Source: Pseudomonadota bacterium (lineage in GTDB: Bacteria; Pseudomonadota; Gammaproteobacteria; Burkholderiales; JAKAFK01). Taken from it: a stretch of DNA of 64,000 bases. The position numbers and the translations under genes were made by a program. Below the pieces are notes generated by a model that saw nothing but the letters and a program-made list of their open reading frames with translations, was not told the origin of the DNA and did not search any database. Positions 37,536 to 48,549 of this stretch are shown in pieces (the first letter of the stretch is position 1; each line of letters opens with the position of its first letter). The stretch is taken from NCBI GenBank assembly GCA_021817985.1, contig JAKAFK010000005.1:24156-88155 (forward strand), written 5' to 3'.

Positions 37536-38339
37536 ATGGTGATTCCCATGCCCCCTTCGATCGATTCGCACGTCATTGAACCGCTGCAGACGCGCCTCGC
37601 AAGCCACCCGATCTACGGATCGGTCCGGACCATGGCCGATCTGCGGATTTTCATGGAGCACCATGTGTACTCGGTGTGGGACTTCATGTCGCTCATCAAG
37701 TGTCTCCAGGGCCACATCGCGCCCGCCCGTTTTCCATGGCGCCCCCTGGGGGATGGCAGCATACGGCGGTTCATCAACGAACTCGTACTGGAAGAGGAAT
37801 CGGACTTGGGCCTGCCCGAGAAAACCGGGGAGACGGCATTTTGCAGCCACTTCGAACTGTATGTCGCGGCGATGCGCGAAATCGGCGCCGACGTCCGGAA
37901 GCCGCTGCAGTTCGTGGAGTGCGCGGCGCGCCAGGGCATCGGGGGTGCTCTGCACGATGAGGCGATTCCCGAGCCGTCACGCCGGTTCACTCGCACGACG
38001 TTTGACTTTATCGAAACCGGAAAGCCGCATGTGGTGGCGGCCGCGTTGGCGTTGGGGCGGGAGCACATCATTCCGGCCATGTTCCGCCAATTTCTGGGGG
38101 CGATGGGTGTGGACGAGGTTCAAGCGCCCTATTTCCACCACTATCTTAGGCGCCATATCCACCTCGACGAGGATTTCCATGCGCCGCTCTCGCTGCGGCT
38201 GCTCAATGAACTGTGCGCAGGGGACCCGATCCGCGTCGAGGAGGCGGTGGCCGCCGGGCGAGAGGCGGTCACCGCCCGCATCGCACTCTGGGATGGCGTA
38301 TGGGCCGCCATCGAAGCGCACAGGCGGTCAGGCGGCTGA
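37536..38339 (+). CDS. DUF3050-domain protein (heme-oxygenase-like fold)
   Basis: 267-aa ORF. The sequence LASHPIYGSVRTMADLRIFMEHHVYSVWDFMSLIK matches my memory of the DUF3050 family, which I have not verified. Confidence 0.65.
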   Translation: MVIPMPPSIDSHVIEPLQTRLASHPIYGSVRTMADLRIFMEHHVYSVWDFMSLIKCLQGHIAPARFPWRPLGDGSIRRFINELVLEEESDLGLPEKTGETAFCSHFELYVAAMREIGADVRKPLQFVECAARQGIGGALHDEAIPEPSRRFTRTTFDFIETGKPHVVAAALALGREHIIPAMFRQFLGAMGVDEVQAPYFHHYLRRHIHLDEDFHAPLSLRLLNELCAGDPIRVEEAVAAGREAVTARIALWDGVWAAIEAHRRSGG

Positions 38340-38416
38340 TCCTCGCGGCGGGCGTCGCGCTCTACACGCTATACTGCACTTAGCAGGCACCTTGTGGCGA
38401 TGCGAGGGATGACAGC

Positions 38417-38923
38417 ATGCGTGCGCGACTACTTTGGGCTCTTCCGTTGGTCTTTTTGCTTGGCGCTTGCGTGAGCATGCCAACGGGGCCAAGCGTGATG
38501 GTGCTGCCCGGCCCGCACAAAACCTTTGCCGACTTCCGAGCGGACAACGTGGCGTGCCGGGAGTTCGCGAGCCAGTCGATCGGGGGCGCCTCGGCGGCAC
38601 GGGCCGGAGCGAACAGCGCCGCCGCGAGCGCGATCGCCGGAACGGCGATCGGCGCGACCGCGGGCGCCCTGATCGGCGGGCGCCAGGGCGCTGCGGTCGG
38701 CGCCGGGTCGGGGCTGCTGATTGGCAGCGCGGCCGGGAGCCAAAGTGCCGGCGCCTCTGCTTACGGTGCCCAGCGCCGCTATGACATCGCGTACATGCAA
38801 TGCATGTACGCGAAGGGCAACACGATACCGTCCGGCTGGGGATACTACAACAACTCAGGGCCCGGCGGCCCGGCTGCATATCCTCCTCCCCCCTACGAAG
38901 GCTATCCCCCCCCGCCCGAATGA
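38417..38923 (+). CDS. glycine-zipper lipoprotein
   Basis: It has a signal peptide with a lipobox (LLGAC), a Gly/Ala-zipper segment (AIAGTAIGATAGALIGG...GAGSGLLIGSAAG) and a Pro/Tyr-rich tail. Confidence 0.65.
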   Translation: MRARLLWALPLVFLLGACVSMPTGPSVMVLPGPHKTFADFRADNVACREFASQSIGGASAARAGANSAAASAIAGTAIGATAGALIGGRQGAAVGAGSGLLIGSAAGSQSAGASAYGAQRRYDIAYMQCMYAKGNTIPSGWGYYNNSGPGGPAAYPPPPYEGYPPPPE

Positions 38924-39132
38924 GAGCGCGTAGGAGGGTCTGCACGGACCCTGTCGCGATGGCATCCCCGGCTCACTGCAGCGCCAGTTGCACAACGCCC
39001 GCACGCGGGTTCGCCCGACCCTTGCCTATCGCCCCACGACGAGCCCACACGCGATTCTCCGGCAGCGCTGCGCCGCCGTCACGTCTTTGGCTCCCATGGC
39101 ACTGGCGCGACGGTCGGTGTCCGGGAGCAATC

Positions 39133-39149
39133 TTTATAAAAATTTTACG
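39133..39149 (+). promoter_or_regulatory. KdpE-binding site candidate
   Basis: TTTATA-AAAAT-TTTACG copies the E. coli kdpFABC operator half-site arrangement TTTATA-N5-TTTACA. It lies 85 nt upstream of the first small ORF of the kdp cluster. Confidence 0.5.
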
Positions 39150-39233
39150 CCAAATGGCGCATTCTTGATGCCGTTTTGATCTTCGATCTCTTAGGATGTC
39201 GTGACTTGAATTATTGAGCTCGGGGGAGTGCGC

Positions 39234-39323
39234 ATGGATCTGATCTATCTCGGGGTTGTCGCGATCATGTTCGGACTGACCGCGCTTTTTATTTATGGCT
39301 GCGAGAAGCTGAGGAGCCGATGA
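39234..39323 (+). CDS. 29-aa hydrophobic micro-protein preceding kdpF
   Basis: The ATG lies 5 nt after GGGGGAG. The peptide is MDLIYLGVVAIMFGLTALFIYGCEKLRSR, and its stop overlaps the kdpF start. It is not in the supplied track because it is under 60 aa. Confidence 0.35.
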   Translation: MDLIYLGVVAIMFGLTALFIYGCEKLRSR

Positions 39324-39412
39324 TGATTGGGCTTTATCTCCTGGGCGGGGTTGTTTCCGTCGGTTTGTTTGTCTATCTCGTCGTTGCACTCATCAAACCG
39401 GAGCTCTTCTGA
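39323..39412 (+). CDS. kdpF: K+-transporting ATPase subunit F
   Basis: The 29-aa peptide MIGLYLLGGVVSVGLFVYLVVALIKPELF fits the KdpF pattern (hydrophobic helix followed by YL..AL..PE.F). Its TGA overlaps the kdpA ATG (TGATG). An extra in-frame ATG lies at 39320. Confidence 0.7.
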   Translation: MIGLYLLGGVVSVGLFVYLVVALIKPELF

Positions 39413-41196
39413 TGACGCCGAACGGGTTCCTGCAGATCGGGATTTTCATCGGGCTTCTCGTCCTCCTTGCGAAGCCGGTCGGCAGTTATATGGCAAGGAT
39501 CTACGAGGGTGATCTTCCGATCTTTGTCCGCTGGCTCGCTCCCGTCGAACGCCTGTTGTATCGCGTGTGCGGCATCTCCCCTGAGGATGAGATGCGCTGG
39601 ACCCGCTATGCCGGAGCGATGACGTGGTTTGCGCTGCTCAGTGTCATTGCGGTCTATGCCCTTCAGCGCCTGCAAGGCCATCTCCCGCTTAACCCCCAGC
39701 ACTTTGGCGCCGTAAGCCCCGACTCGTCCTTCAACACCGCGATCAGCTTCATGACCAACACCAATTGGCAGGGCTACGCGGGCGAATCGACGATGAGTGA
39801 TCTCACGCAAATGTTGGGCCTTGCGGTGCAGAATTTCCTGTCGGCAGCGGCCGGGATGGCAGTGGCCATCGCCCTCATCCGCGGGTTTGCGCGCCGCACT
39901 GCCGAAACGATCGGCAATTTCTGGGTGGATGTGACCCGCAGCGTCCTCTATATCCTGCTGCCGATGTCCTTGGCCCTCGCCGTCGCGCTCGTCGGCCAGG
40001 GCGTCATCCAGACCTTCTCCCCCTACCGCGCGGTAGCGCTGACCGAGCCTGTCACCTACGACCAGCCGCAGGTCGGCGCCGCCGGCGCCCCGCGCATCGA
40101 TCGGGTGACGACGGATACACAAACGATCGCCATGGGCCCGGTCGCCTCGCAAGAGGCCATCAAGGAGTTGGGTACGAACGGGGGGGGCTTCTTCAACGCC
40201 AATTCCGCCCACCCCTTCGAGAATCCGACGCCGCTGAGCAATTTCCTCGAAATGGCCGCCATTCTCCTGATCCCGGTCGCGCTGACCTATACCTTTGGCA
40301 AGATGGTGGGCGACACACGACAAGGGTGGGCCATCCTGGGGGCGATGGCACTGCTTTTCGCCGTGGGTCTCGCCACCGCGGAACATTACGAGCAGGTCGG
40401 CAATCCCGCCTTCACCGCCTTGGGCGTGGACCAGAGCGCGTCTTCCCTGCAGCCGGGCGGGAACATGGAAGGCAAGGAGGCTCGCTTCGGGATCGTCGAC
40501 TCCGCCCTGTGGGCAACGGTCACGACCGCAACGTCATGCGGCGCCGTCAACAGCATGCATGATTCCTATACGCCGCTCGGCGGCCTGGTTCCCATGGCCC
40601 TGATGCAGTTGGGGGAAGTCGTGTTCGGCGGCGTGGGCTCGGGGCTCTTCGGCATGCTGATCTATGCGGTCATCGCCGTGTTCATTGCCGGGCTCATGAT
40701 CGGCCGGACCCCCGAATACCTGGGCAAGAAGATCGAGGCCTTCGACATCAAGATGGCCTCGCTCGTGATCCTCATCCCGCCTCTCCTCATTCTGGGACTC
40801 ACCGCCCTTGCGGTGTTGTTGCGTTCGGGCCAAGCCGGCCCGCTCAACCCGGGCCCCCACGGGTTCTCCGAAATCCTCTATGCGTTTTCCGAAGGGGCCG
40901 CAAACAACGGAAGCGCGTTCGCCGGGTTGTCCGCCAATACCCCGTTTTACAACCTGACGATCGGTCTCGACATGTTCTTCGGCCGCATCTGGCTCATGGT
41001 CCCGGTCCTGGCGCTGGCGGGGTCGCTGGCCGCCAAGAAACGTGTTCCCCCGGGGGTGGGCACGATGGCGACGCATACGCCGCTTTTCATCGGCCTGCTG
41101 GTGGGAACCGTGATTCTGGTGGGAGCGCTCACTTTCGTGCCGGCGGACAGCCTTGGGCCCATCGTCGAGCAACTCAATATGATCGGTGCGCATTGA
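39412..41196 (+). CDS. kdpA: K+-transporting ATPase subunit A
   Basis: 594-aa polytopic ORF. The N-terminus [33 protein letters not shown] and [10 protein letters not shown] are typical of KdpA. Confidence 0.95.
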   Translation: MTPNGFLQIGIFIGLLVLLAKPVGSYMARIYEGDLPIFVRWLAPVERLLYRVCGISPEDEMRWTRYAGAMTWFALLSVIAVYALQRLQGHLPLNPQHFGAVSPDSSFNTAISFMTNTNWQGYAGESTMSDLTQMLGLAVQNFLSAAAGMAVAIALIRGFARRTAETIGNFWVDVTRSVLYILLPMSLALAVALVGQGVIQTFSPYRAVALTEPVTYDQPQVGAAGAPRIDRVTTDTQTIAMGPVASQEAIKELGTNGGGFFNANSAHPFENPTPLSNFLEMAAILLIPVALTYTFGKMVGDTRQGWAILGAMALLFAVGLATAEHYEQVGNPAFTALGVDQSASSLQPGGNMEGKEARFGIVDSALWATVTTATSCGAVNSMHDSYTPLGGLVPMALMQLGEVVFGGVGSGLFGMLIYAVIAVFIAGLMIGRTPEYLGKKIEAFDIKMASLVILIPPLLILGLTALAVLLRSGQAGPLNPGPHGFSEILYAFSEGAANNGSAFAGLSANTPFYNLTIGLDMFFGRIWLMVPVLALAGSLAAKKRVPPGVGTMATHTPLFIGLLVGTVILVGALTFVPADSLGPIVEQLNMIGAH

Positions 41197-41215
41197 CCCC
41201 CGGAGAATGAGCGAC

Positions 41216-43288
41216 ATGACCAAGCGGACCAAGACGTTCTCGCTGTTCGACGGGGCAATCGTCCAACAGGCGCTGTGGGAGTCCTTCAGGAAGCTCTCGC
41301 CGCGCCAGCAGATGAAAAATCCCGTGATGTTTGTGGTGTGGGTGGGCAGCATCCTGACGACCATCCTCTTCGTCCAAGCCCTGGTGGGGCACGGGGAGGC
41401 GCCTGCCGGCTTCATCTTGGCGATCACCCTGTGGCTGTGGTTCACCGTCCTTTTCGCCAACTTCGCCGAGGCAATCGCCGAGGGCCGCAGCAAGGCGCAG
41501 GCCGACTCCCTGCGCAGGTCCAAGCGGGACATCATGGCAAAAAAACTTGCCGAGCCGCGCTATGGGGCATCGTTCAGCACGGCGGCGAGCGTTACCCTGC
41601 GGCGGGGAGATGTCGTGCTGGTCGAAGCGGGTGACTTCGTCCCGGGCGACGGTGAGGTCATCGAGGGAGTGGCTTCGGTGGACGAGAGCGCAATCACCGG
41701 GGAATCCGCCCCGGTCATCCGCGAATCGGGCGGCGATTTCAGCGCGGTCACCGGCGGCACACGGGTGTTGTCCGACTGGCTCGTGGTCCGCATCGCGGCA
41801 AACCCGGGGGAGAGTTTTCTCGACCGCATGATCAGCATGGTGGAGAGCGCGAAGCGTCAGAAGACGCCCAACGAAATCGCGCTGACGATCCTGCTGGTTG
41901 CGATGACGCTTATCTTTTTGCTGGCGACGGTGACCCTGTTGCCCTACTCGCTCTATAGCGTCCATGCCGCCAATGCCGGTTCGCCGGTGACGATCACCAC
42001 CCTGGTCGCGCTCCTCGTGTGTTTGATTCCCACCACGATCGGAGGCCTCCTCTCGGCTATCGGCGTGGCCGGGATCGGGCGCATGATGCAAAAGAACGTC
42101 ATCGCAACCTCCGGGCGGGCGATCGAGGCGGCCGGCGATGTGGACGTGCTCCTGCTGGACAAGACGGGGACCATCACGCTGGGCAATCGCCAGGCGACCC
42201 ACTTCTTGCCCGCATCGGGGGTGTCCGAGCATGATCTGGCCGATGCCGCGCAGCTCGCCTCGCTCGCGGACGAGACGCCCGAAGGCCGCAGTATCGTCGT
42301 GCTCGCCAAGCAGCGCTTCACGATCCGGGGACGCGACATTCATGGCCTCGGGGCGACGTTCGTGCCCTTCACCGCGCAGACGCGGATGAGCGGCGTGAAC
42401 CTCGAGGGCCGGCAAATTCGCAAGGGTGCCGTGGATGCGATTCGCGAGTATGTGAAGTCCCTGGGGGGAGCGCTCACGCATGAAGTGCAAGCCGCCGTCG
42501 ACGACGTGGCTCGCCGCGGCAGCACACCGCTGGTGGTCGCCGACGGCACCCGGATCCTCGGCGTCGTGGAACTCAAGGATATCGTCAAGGGCGGGATCAA
42601 GGAGCGCTTCGCCGAACTGCGCCGCATGGGCATCAAGACGATCATGATCACCGGAGACAACCGCCTGACGGCGGCCGCGATCGCGGCCGAAGCGGGTGTC
42701 GATGACTTTCTGGCGGAGGCTACGCCCGAGGCCAAGCTGAAGCTCATCCGTCAACACCAGGCCGAAGGCAGGCTCGTGGCGATGACCGGGGATGGCACCA
42801 ATGACGCCCCCGCCCTCGCGCAAGCCGACGTGGCGGTCGCCATGAACAGCGGCACGCAGGCGGCGAAGGAAGCGGGCAACATGGTCGATCTCGACTCCAA
42901 CCCGACCAAGCTGATCGAAATCGTGGAAACCGGAAAGCAGATGCTGATGACGCGCGGGGCGCTCACCACCTTCAGCATCGCCAATGACGTGGCCAAATAC
43001 TTCGCCATCATCCCTGCCGCGTTCGTGTCCACCTACCCCGCGCTGGGCGCCTTGAACATCATGCACCTGAGCACGCCCGGGAGCGCGATCCTGTCGGCAG
43101 TCATCTTCAATGCCCTGATCATCGTGGCGCTCATCCCGCTGGCGCTCAAGGGCGTGAGATACCGCCCCATCGGCGCCGCCGCGCTGCTGCGCAACAACCT
43201 GCTTCTGTATGGCGTCGGCGGCGTCATTGTGCCTTTCATCGGGATCAAGGTTATCGACATGCTGCTTGCCGCGACGGGACTGGCCTGA
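41216..43288 (+). CDS. kdpB: K+-transporting P-type ATPase subunit B
   Basis: Lies within track ORF 41186..43288, with the ATG at 41216 8 nt after GGAGAA. It has the P-type phosphorylation motif DKTGTIT and the hinge motif [13 protein letters not shown]. Confidence 0.95.
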   Translation: MTKRTKTFSLFDGAIVQQALWESFRKLSPRQQMKNPVMFVVWVGSILTTILFVQALVGHGEAPAGFILAITLWLWFTVLFANFAEAIAEGRSKAQADSLRRSKRDIMAKKLAEPRYGASFSTAASVTLRRGDVVLVEAGDFVPGDGEVIEGVASVDESAITGESAPVIRESGGDFSAVTGGTRVLSDWLVVRIAANPGESFLDRMISMVESAKRQKTPNEIALTILLVAMTLIFLLATVTLLPYSLYSVHAANAGSPVTITTLVALLVCLIPTTIGGLLSAIGVAGIGRMMQKNVIATSGRAIEAAGDVDVLLLDKTGTITLGNRQATHFLPASGVSEHDLADAAQLASLADETPEGRSIVVLAKQRFTIRGRDIHGLGATFVPFTAQTRMSGVNLEGRQIRKGAVDAIREYVKSLGGALTHEVQAAVDDVARRGSTPLVVADGTRILGVVELKDIVKGGIKERFAELRRMGIKTIMITGDNRLTAAAIAAEAGVDDFLAEATPEAKLKLIRQHQAEGRLVAMTGDGTNDAPALAQADVAVAMNSGTQAAKEAGNMVDLDSNPTKLIEIVETGKQMLMTRGALTTFSIANDVAKYFAIIPAAFVSTYPALGALNIMHLSTPGSAILSAVIFNALIIVALIPLALKGVRYRPIGAAALLRNNLLLYGVGGVIVPFIGIKVIDMLLAATGLA

Positions 43289-43310
43289 AGCAGCCTTCAA
43301 GGAGTTGGCG

Positions 43311-43886
43311 ATGTTTAAGGAACTGCGTCCAGCGATCATCAGTTTTGTGGTGTTTACCCTCATCACCGGCATCGTTTACCCCGCCGCGGTGACCGGGATC
43401 GCACAAGTGCTTTTCCCAAAAAGAGCGAATGGGAGTCTCCTGGTCCGCGCCGGGAAGCCCATCGGCTCGAGGCTGATCGGGCAAGCCTTCAGCGATCCCC
43501 GATACTTCTGGGGCCGGCCGTCGGCCACCTCCCCGATGCCATACGACGCGACCAATTCCGGGGGATCCAATCTCGGGCCGACCAACCCCGCACTTATCGG
43601 TGCCGTCAAGGCCCGGATCGCGGCCTTGCGAGAGGCCGATCCCGGCAACGACGCGCCGATTCCGGTCGACCTTGTCACGGCCTCCGGCAGTGGCCTCGAT
43701 CCCGACATCAGTCCGGCGGCCGCGCTCTACCAGGTCCCGCGCGTGGCCCGAGCGCGCGGCCTTGACCCGGCGAGTGTCGCCCAACTGGTCAGAGCACAGG
43801 TGACCCCCCGACAGTTCGGCCTCCTGGGAGAACCACGGGTGAATGTGCTGGAGCTGAATCTTGCGCTCGATGAACTGCGCAAATAG
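43311..43886 (+). CDS. kdpC: K+-transporting ATPase subunit C
   Basis: Lies within track ORF 43209..43886, with the ATG at 43311 after AAGGAG. The N-terminus [25 protein letters not shown] and the motif SGSGLDP are present. Confidence 0.9.
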   Translation: MFKELRPAIISFVVFTLITGIVYPAAVTGIAQVLFPKRANGSLLVRAGKPIGSRLIGQAFSDPRYFWGRPSATSPMPYDATNSGGSNLGPTNPALIGAVKARIAALREADPGNDAPIPVDLVTASGSGLDPDISPAAALYQVPRVARARGLDPASVAQLVRAQVTPRQFGLLGEPRVNVLELNLALDELRK

Positions 43887-43990
43887 CCGTCACATCCCGG
43901 CATCGCGGCGCGCGCGCTGGCCCGCGATCGGTCGTGGCGCGCTTTGGGGCGTCGACGTAAGATACCGACGTACAGCGCGAGGAACTTGAC

Positions 43991-46726
43991 GTGGCCGACA
44001 GCAAGGATGGGCGTCCCAATCCTGATGAATTGCTTGACCGCGTGCAGCGGGAGCAAGAGAAGGCACGCCGCGGCAAGCTGAAGATCTTCTTCGGCGCATC
44101 CGCCGGCGTCGGAAAGACCTACGCGATGCTGAATGCGGCCCGCCAGCTGCGCGCGCAGAGGCACGATGTGGTCGTGGGCATCGCGGAAACACACGGCCGC
44201 GCGGAGACCGTTGCGCTGCTCGATGGGCTGGAGATTCTGCCGCTCAAGGACATCGAATACCGCGGCAAGTGGCTCAAGGAATTCGACCTTGATGCGGCGC
44301 TCAAGCGCCGGCCCGTCCTGATCCTGATCGATGAACTCGCCCACACGAATGTGCCCGGTTCACGGCACGCCAAGCGATGGCAGGACATCGAAGAACTCCT
44401 GGCCGCCGGCATCGATGTCTACACCACGCTCAATGTCCAACATCTGGAAAGCCTGAACGACATTGTCGGCGGCATTACCGGCATTCGCGTGTGGGAAACG
44501 GTTCCTGACCGGATCTTCGACCAGGCCGATGAGATCTCCCTGCTCGATCTGACGCCGGACGAACTGCTTCAGCGCCTCAAAGAGGGGAAGGTGTACATCC
44601 CCCAGCAGGCGGAAGGCGCAATTCAGAACTTCTTTCGGAAGGGCAACCTCATCGCGCTGCGCGAGCTTTCGCTGCGGCGAACGGCGGACCGCGTCGACGA
44701 TCAGATGCGGACCTACCGGCAGGAAAGGGCGATCGAGGCGGTATGGCAGACCAAGGAATCGCTGCTGGTGTGCGTCGGCCCCAAGCCTGGGGCGGAAAAG
44801 GTGATCCGGGGCGCGGCGCGAATGGCGTCCCAGCTAGGCGTCGACTGGCATGCGGTGTATGTCGAAACGCCCAAGCTGCAGCGGCTCCCGGAAGCCGAGC
44901 GGGCACGGATTCTGCGTACCCTCAAATTCGCCCACGAATTAGGGGCCCAGGTCGCCACCCTGGCCGGGCACGATGCCATCGAGACACTGATCGACTACGC
45001 GCATAGCCGCAACCTCGCCAAGCTGGTCGTCGGGCGCGACTACAAGGGCTGGATGCTGTGGCGGCACTCGTTTGCCGATCGCATCGGACGACGCTCGACC
45101 GACCTGGATGTCGTGCAGATCGTCCGGGATGCGCCGAGCCCCCAGGCGACGGTGGCGAGCGCGCGCTTCTCGCCGCCCCGGCCGCGAGTGGAGAATCTGT
45201 GGCATCCCTATGCCCAGGCGGTGGCGATCTGCGTGCTCGCCGCCGTCGTCGCGACCATGCTGTCCCCTTTCATCAACCTGGTCAATACGGCCATTTTGTT
45301 CCTGTTGGCCGTCGTGGTGGCCGCCGCCCGCTATGGCCGAGGGCCCGCAGTTCTGGCGGCTGTCGTGAGCGTCGGGTTATTCGACTTTTTCTTCGTGCCG
45401 CCCCGCTTTTCTTTTGCGGCCAGCGATGCCCAGTACCTGCTGACCTTCGGGGTGATGTTGGCGGTGGCCCTCATCTTCGTAAAGCTGGCCTCCAATTTGC
45501 GCTACCAGGGCCGCGTGACGGAGAATCGCGAGGGGCGGCTGCGCGCCTTGTATGAAATGGCGCGCGACCTCTCCGCCGTCCTGGTGCCCGAACAGATCAT
45601 CGACCTCAGTCGTGAGTTCATCGAGGGCACGTTCGGCGTCAAGATCGCCATCCTGCTGGCCGACGAGCGTGACAAACTGCAGCCGGCGACCGCCGGACAT
45701 TCGGCACCGACCGTCGACTTGGGGATCGCACAGTGGTGCTTTGACCATGTGGAACCGGCCGGCTTCAGCACCAATACATTGGCCGGCAGTCCCATCCTGT
45801 ACCTTCCGCTGCGCGCCCCGATGCGCACGCGAGGTGTGCTGGCGGTCGAGCCCGTGAATCCCCGCTGGCTGCTGATTCCCGAACAGCGGCGACAACTCGA
45901 TGGTTTCACGGCGTTGATCGCAACCGCGCTGGAGCGCGTGCACTACATTGAAGTCGCGCAAAATGCGATCGTCAAGATCGAGTCGGAGCGGCTGCGCAAT
46001 TCTCTGCTGTCCGCGTTGTCGCATGATTTGCGCACACCGCTCACGGCGTTGGTCGGCTTGGCCGATGCCTTCGCTCAAGGGACTTCCGGACTGAGCCCGT
46101 CGCAGCGGGAAGCGGCTCAAGCCATTCGCGACCAGGCCTTCCGCATGAGTTCCCTCGTGAACAACCTGCTGGACATGGCCCGATTGCAGGCCGGGGAAGT
46201 GCGTTTGCGGCGCGAATGGCAGCCCTTGGAGGAGGTCATCGGCAGTGCGCTCAAGGCACAGGAGAGCCAACTCGCCCGGCACAACATACGTGTCGCCCTT
46301 CCCGCGGATCTGCCGCTCCTCGACTTCGATGCCGTGCTGATCGAACGCGTATTGTCCAATCTCCTGGAAAATGCCGCAAAATATACGCCGCCGGGGACTG
46401 AGGTGGTGATCGAAGCGGCGCTGGTAGATCAGGAGGCTCGCATTTCCGTCAGCGACAATGGTCCTGGGCTCGCGCCAGGGAGCGAAGAAGCGGTCTTCGA
46501 GAAGTTCACGCGGGGAGAACGGGAGTCCTCGACGCCGGGGGTCGGGCTCGGGCTTGCGATCTGCCGTGCCGTTGTCGAGGCACATGGCGGCAGGATTTGG
46601 GCGGAAAGGCCTCCCGGCGGCGGCGCGCGCTTTGTTTTCACCCTTCCGGCCGGCACTCCGCCCGAAGCCCCCACATTCACCGACGAGCAGGGTCTTCCCG
46701 GGCAGGAACGGGCCATTCATGAGTGA
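43991..46726 (+). CDS. kdpD: sensor histidine kinase KdpD
   Basis: 911-aa ORF with a GTG start. It has a KdpD N-terminal P-loop (FFGASAGVGKTYAML), a membrane DUF4118-type segment, an H-box (LSALSHDLRTPL) and an ATPase domain. Confidence 0.95.
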   Translation: MADSKDGRPNPDELLDRVQREQEKARRGKLKIFFGASAGVGKTYAMLNAARQLRAQRHDVVVGIAETHGRAETVALLDGLEILPLKDIEYRGKWLKEFDLDAALKRRPVLILIDELAHTNVPGSRHAKRWQDIEELLAAGIDVYTTLNVQHLESLNDIVGGITGIRVWETVPDRIFDQADEISLLDLTPDELLQRLKEGKVYIPQQAEGAIQNFFRKGNLIALRELSLRRTADRVDDQMRTYRQERAIEAVWQTKESLLVCVGPKPGAEKVIRGAARMASQLGVDWHAVYVETPKLQRLPEAERARILRTLKFAHELGAQVATLAGHDAIETLIDYAHSRNLAKLVVGRDYKGWMLWRHSFADRIGRRSTDLDVVQIVRDAPSPQATVASARFSPPRPRVENLWHPYAQAVAICVLAAVVATMLSPFINLVNTAILFLLAVVVAAARYGRGPAVLAAVVSVGLFDFFFVPPRFSFAASDAQYLLTFGVMLAVALIFVKLASNLRYQGRVTENREGRLRALYEMARDLSAVLVPEQIIDLSREFIEGTFGVKIAILLADERDKLQPATAGHSAPTVDLGIAQWCFDHVEPAGFSTNTLAGSPILYLPLRAPMRTRGVLAVEPVNPRWLLIPEQRRQLDGFTALIATALERVHYIEVAQNAIVKIESERLRNSLLSALSHDLRTPLTALVGLADAFAQGTSGLSPSQREAAQAIRDQAFRMSSLVNNLLDMARLQAGEVRLRREWQPLEEVIGSALKAQESQLARHNIRVALPADLPLLDFDAVLIERVLSNLLENAAKYTPPGTEVVIEAALVDQEARISVSDNGPGLAPGSEEAVFEKFTRGERESSTPGVGLGLAICRAVVEAHGGRIWAERPPGGGARFVFTLPAGTPPEAPTFTDEQGLPGQERAIHE

Positions 46727-47435
46727 GTTGGCGGCGACAATCCTGGTGATAGAGGACGAGCGGCAGATCCGCCGCTTTGTCCATACCGCCCTTGAGGCGG
46801 AGGGATTTCACGTGCATGAGGCGGAGACCGCCCGGCAAGGCCTCACGGAGGCGGCCACGCGCACGCCAGATCTGCTCATCTTGGATCTTGGCTTGCCGGA
46901 TCGGGATGGCGTCGATGTCATCCGTGATTTGCGTGGGTGGTCCGAGATGCCGATCATCGTGCTGTCTGCCCGAGCGGGGGAACCGGACAAGATTGCGGCC
47001 CTGGATGCGGGCGCCGACGACTACCTGAGCAAACCGTTCGGAATCGGGGAACTGCTGGCGCGGGTTCGGGTCGGTTTGCGCCGGTTGGAACGCGGCCACG
47101 CGCCGGCGACCAGCGTCGTCACGTTTTGTGGCGTGCGCGTGGATCTGGCTGATCGGCGCGTGGAGCGAGACGGCACCGCGGTTCACTTGACGCCCATCGA
47201 GTACAGACTGCTCGCGCTGCTGGTCCGCAATGCCGGGAAGGTCCTGACGCACCGGCAGATATTGCGCGAGGTCTGGGGGCCGAGTCATGTCGAGGCGACC
47301 CATTACTTGCGTATCTATATGGGGCAACTTCGTCACAAGCTCGAGGCGAACGCCGCACAGCCCCGTTGCCTGCTCACCGAGGCTGGCGTCGGATATCGTC
47401 TCCTCCTCGACGCCTTGAACGAGGCCGTTACCTGA
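46719..47435 (+). CDS. kdpE: OmpR-family response regulator KdpE
   Basis: Lies within track ORF 46458..47435, with the ATG at 46719 overlapping the kdpD stop. It has a receiver domain (ILVIEDE...DLGLPDRDG) and a winged-helix domain. Confidence 0.95.
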   Translation: MSELAATILVIEDERQIRRFVHTALEAEGFHVHEAETARQGLTEAATRTPDLLILDLGLPDRDGVDVIRDLRGWSEMPIIVLSARAGEPDKIAALDAGADDYLSKPFGIGELLARVRVGLRRLERGHAPATSVVTFCGVRVDLADRRVERDGTAVHLTPIEYRLLALLVRNAGKVLTHRQILREVWGPSHVEATHYLRIYMGQLRHKLEANAAQPRCLLTEAGVGYRLLLDALNEAVT

Positions 47436-47905
47436 GGCGCGGCCGTCCCCTCAAGGCGAACTGCGCTTCGTGCGCGGGGAAAAACGCCCGTAGCATACCC
47501 GCGCAGCAGGGGAACAACTCTGCCGTGCGTGAGAACTGCAATTGGGAGACCAATCGCTTCGGCGTCTTGGCGATATCCTTTGACCTTCTCCCGGCCCACC
47601 GAGCCAAGAACTGAGCTGACGAGTGCCAGGACTCCTCCAAATTTTCTCGCATCGTCCTCTGCCCGGTCGACGTCAATGCGCGATAACCGCCCAGCGGCGT
47701 GCTGCGCGATCGCAGATTTCCGCACATCCAAGCCAATATAATTGCTAAAATTTTCCCTGAGTTGCCTAACCAGGAGCGGCTGTCGGTTTCTCCGGTTTCC
47801 GAACCCGCGGGAGTCCCCCATGCCTCTTGGGGTCTGGCCTTGCCATCCTGTTGTCTAATACCAACGGCCGAGCGCGATCTATTGCCCGCCTGGTGAGCGA
47901 AATCC

Positions 47906-48499
47906 ATGGACAATCCCACGATCGACTTCTTCGACGCCCAGTTCCGCCGGCAGGTCGTGCAGGCCGAGTTTGCCCTGAACCCCTTCGAGCAGGCGATACT
48001 GCCCTTTGCCAGCGGGCGCGTGCTGGACTTGGGATGCGGGCTGGGCAACCTGGCCCTCGCGGCCGCCCGTCGCGGCGCCTCTGTCCTGGCGGTGGACGGT
48101 TCCCCGAGCGCCGTCGCGCATCTCGCCGAGACCGCGCGGCGCGAGGGCCTTGCCCTAACCGCGGTGGAGGCCGATGTCGAGGCCTACACGATCACTGAAG
48201 CATTCGACACCATCGTCTGCATCGGATTGCTGATGTTCTTCCCTTGGGAGACGGCCTACCGGCTCCTTGAGGAAATGGAGAGTCACCTGTCTCCCGGCGG
48301 GCGCCTTGCCGTTAACGTGTTGGTCGAGGGGACGACCTATCTCGACATGTTTTCCCCAGGCCACTACTACCTTTTCGGGCGGGATGAGCTCGCGAAGCGC
48401 TTCCAGAGCTGGGACACGCTGCTATCGACCCGCCAGGGCTTCGAAGCCCCCGGAAACACGCGCAAGGAGTTCGTGACGCTGGTCACCCGGCGCGCCTAG
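47906..48499 (+). CDS. class I SAM-dependent methyltransferase (TehB-like)
   Basis: 197-aa ORF with motif I (VLDLGCGLGNLALAAARRG) and a post-I acidic residue (AVDGS). Confidence 0.75.
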   Translation: MDNPTIDFFDAQFRRQVVQAEFALNPFEQAILPFASGRVLDLGCGLGNLALAAARRGASVLAVDGSPSAVAHLAETARREGLALTAVEADVEAYTITEAFDTIVCIGLLMFFPWETAYRLLEEMESHLSPGGRLAVNVLVEGTTYLDMFSPGHYYLFGRDELAKRFQSWDTLLSTRQGFEAPGNTRKEFVTLVTRRA

Positions 48500-48549
48500 C
48501 TCCTGCGGCCGACGCGGTACACCCTGTATGCGCCCGAAACCACGATGCC

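Noticed and set aside
38328-38945. 205-aa minus-strand Arg-rich ORF
   Set aside because: It is antisense to the glycine-zipper lipoprotein gene, which has a clear lipobox. Its composition (RRRP repeats) is typical of the reverse frame of Gly/Ala-rich coding sequence.
41174-43372. 732-aa minus-strand ORF
   Set aside because: It is antisense to kdpB, which carries DKTGTIT and [11 protein letters not shown]. The translation is Arg/Gly/His-rich and motif-free, so it is a shadow ORF.
45377-46720. 447-aa minus-strand ORF, and similar ORFs at 54005..55372, 55666..56991, 57421..58491 and 59457..60920 (minus strand) and 59210..61150 (plus strand)
   Set aside because: All are antisense or out of frame to well-supported kdpD, mdtA, mdtB and mdtC. 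They have low-complexity basic composition and no recognisable domain.
47333-47821. 162-aa minus-strand ORF in the lower-GC gap between kdpE and the TehB-like methyltransferase
   Set aside because: - It has no internal Met.
- Its SD abuts the ATG.
- Its third-position GC content is clearly below that of neighbouring genes.
- Its last approximately 35 codons run antisense into kdpE.
- The alternative overlapping ORF 47428..48048 is no better.

I left it uncalled, though a decayed or foreign small gene remains possible.
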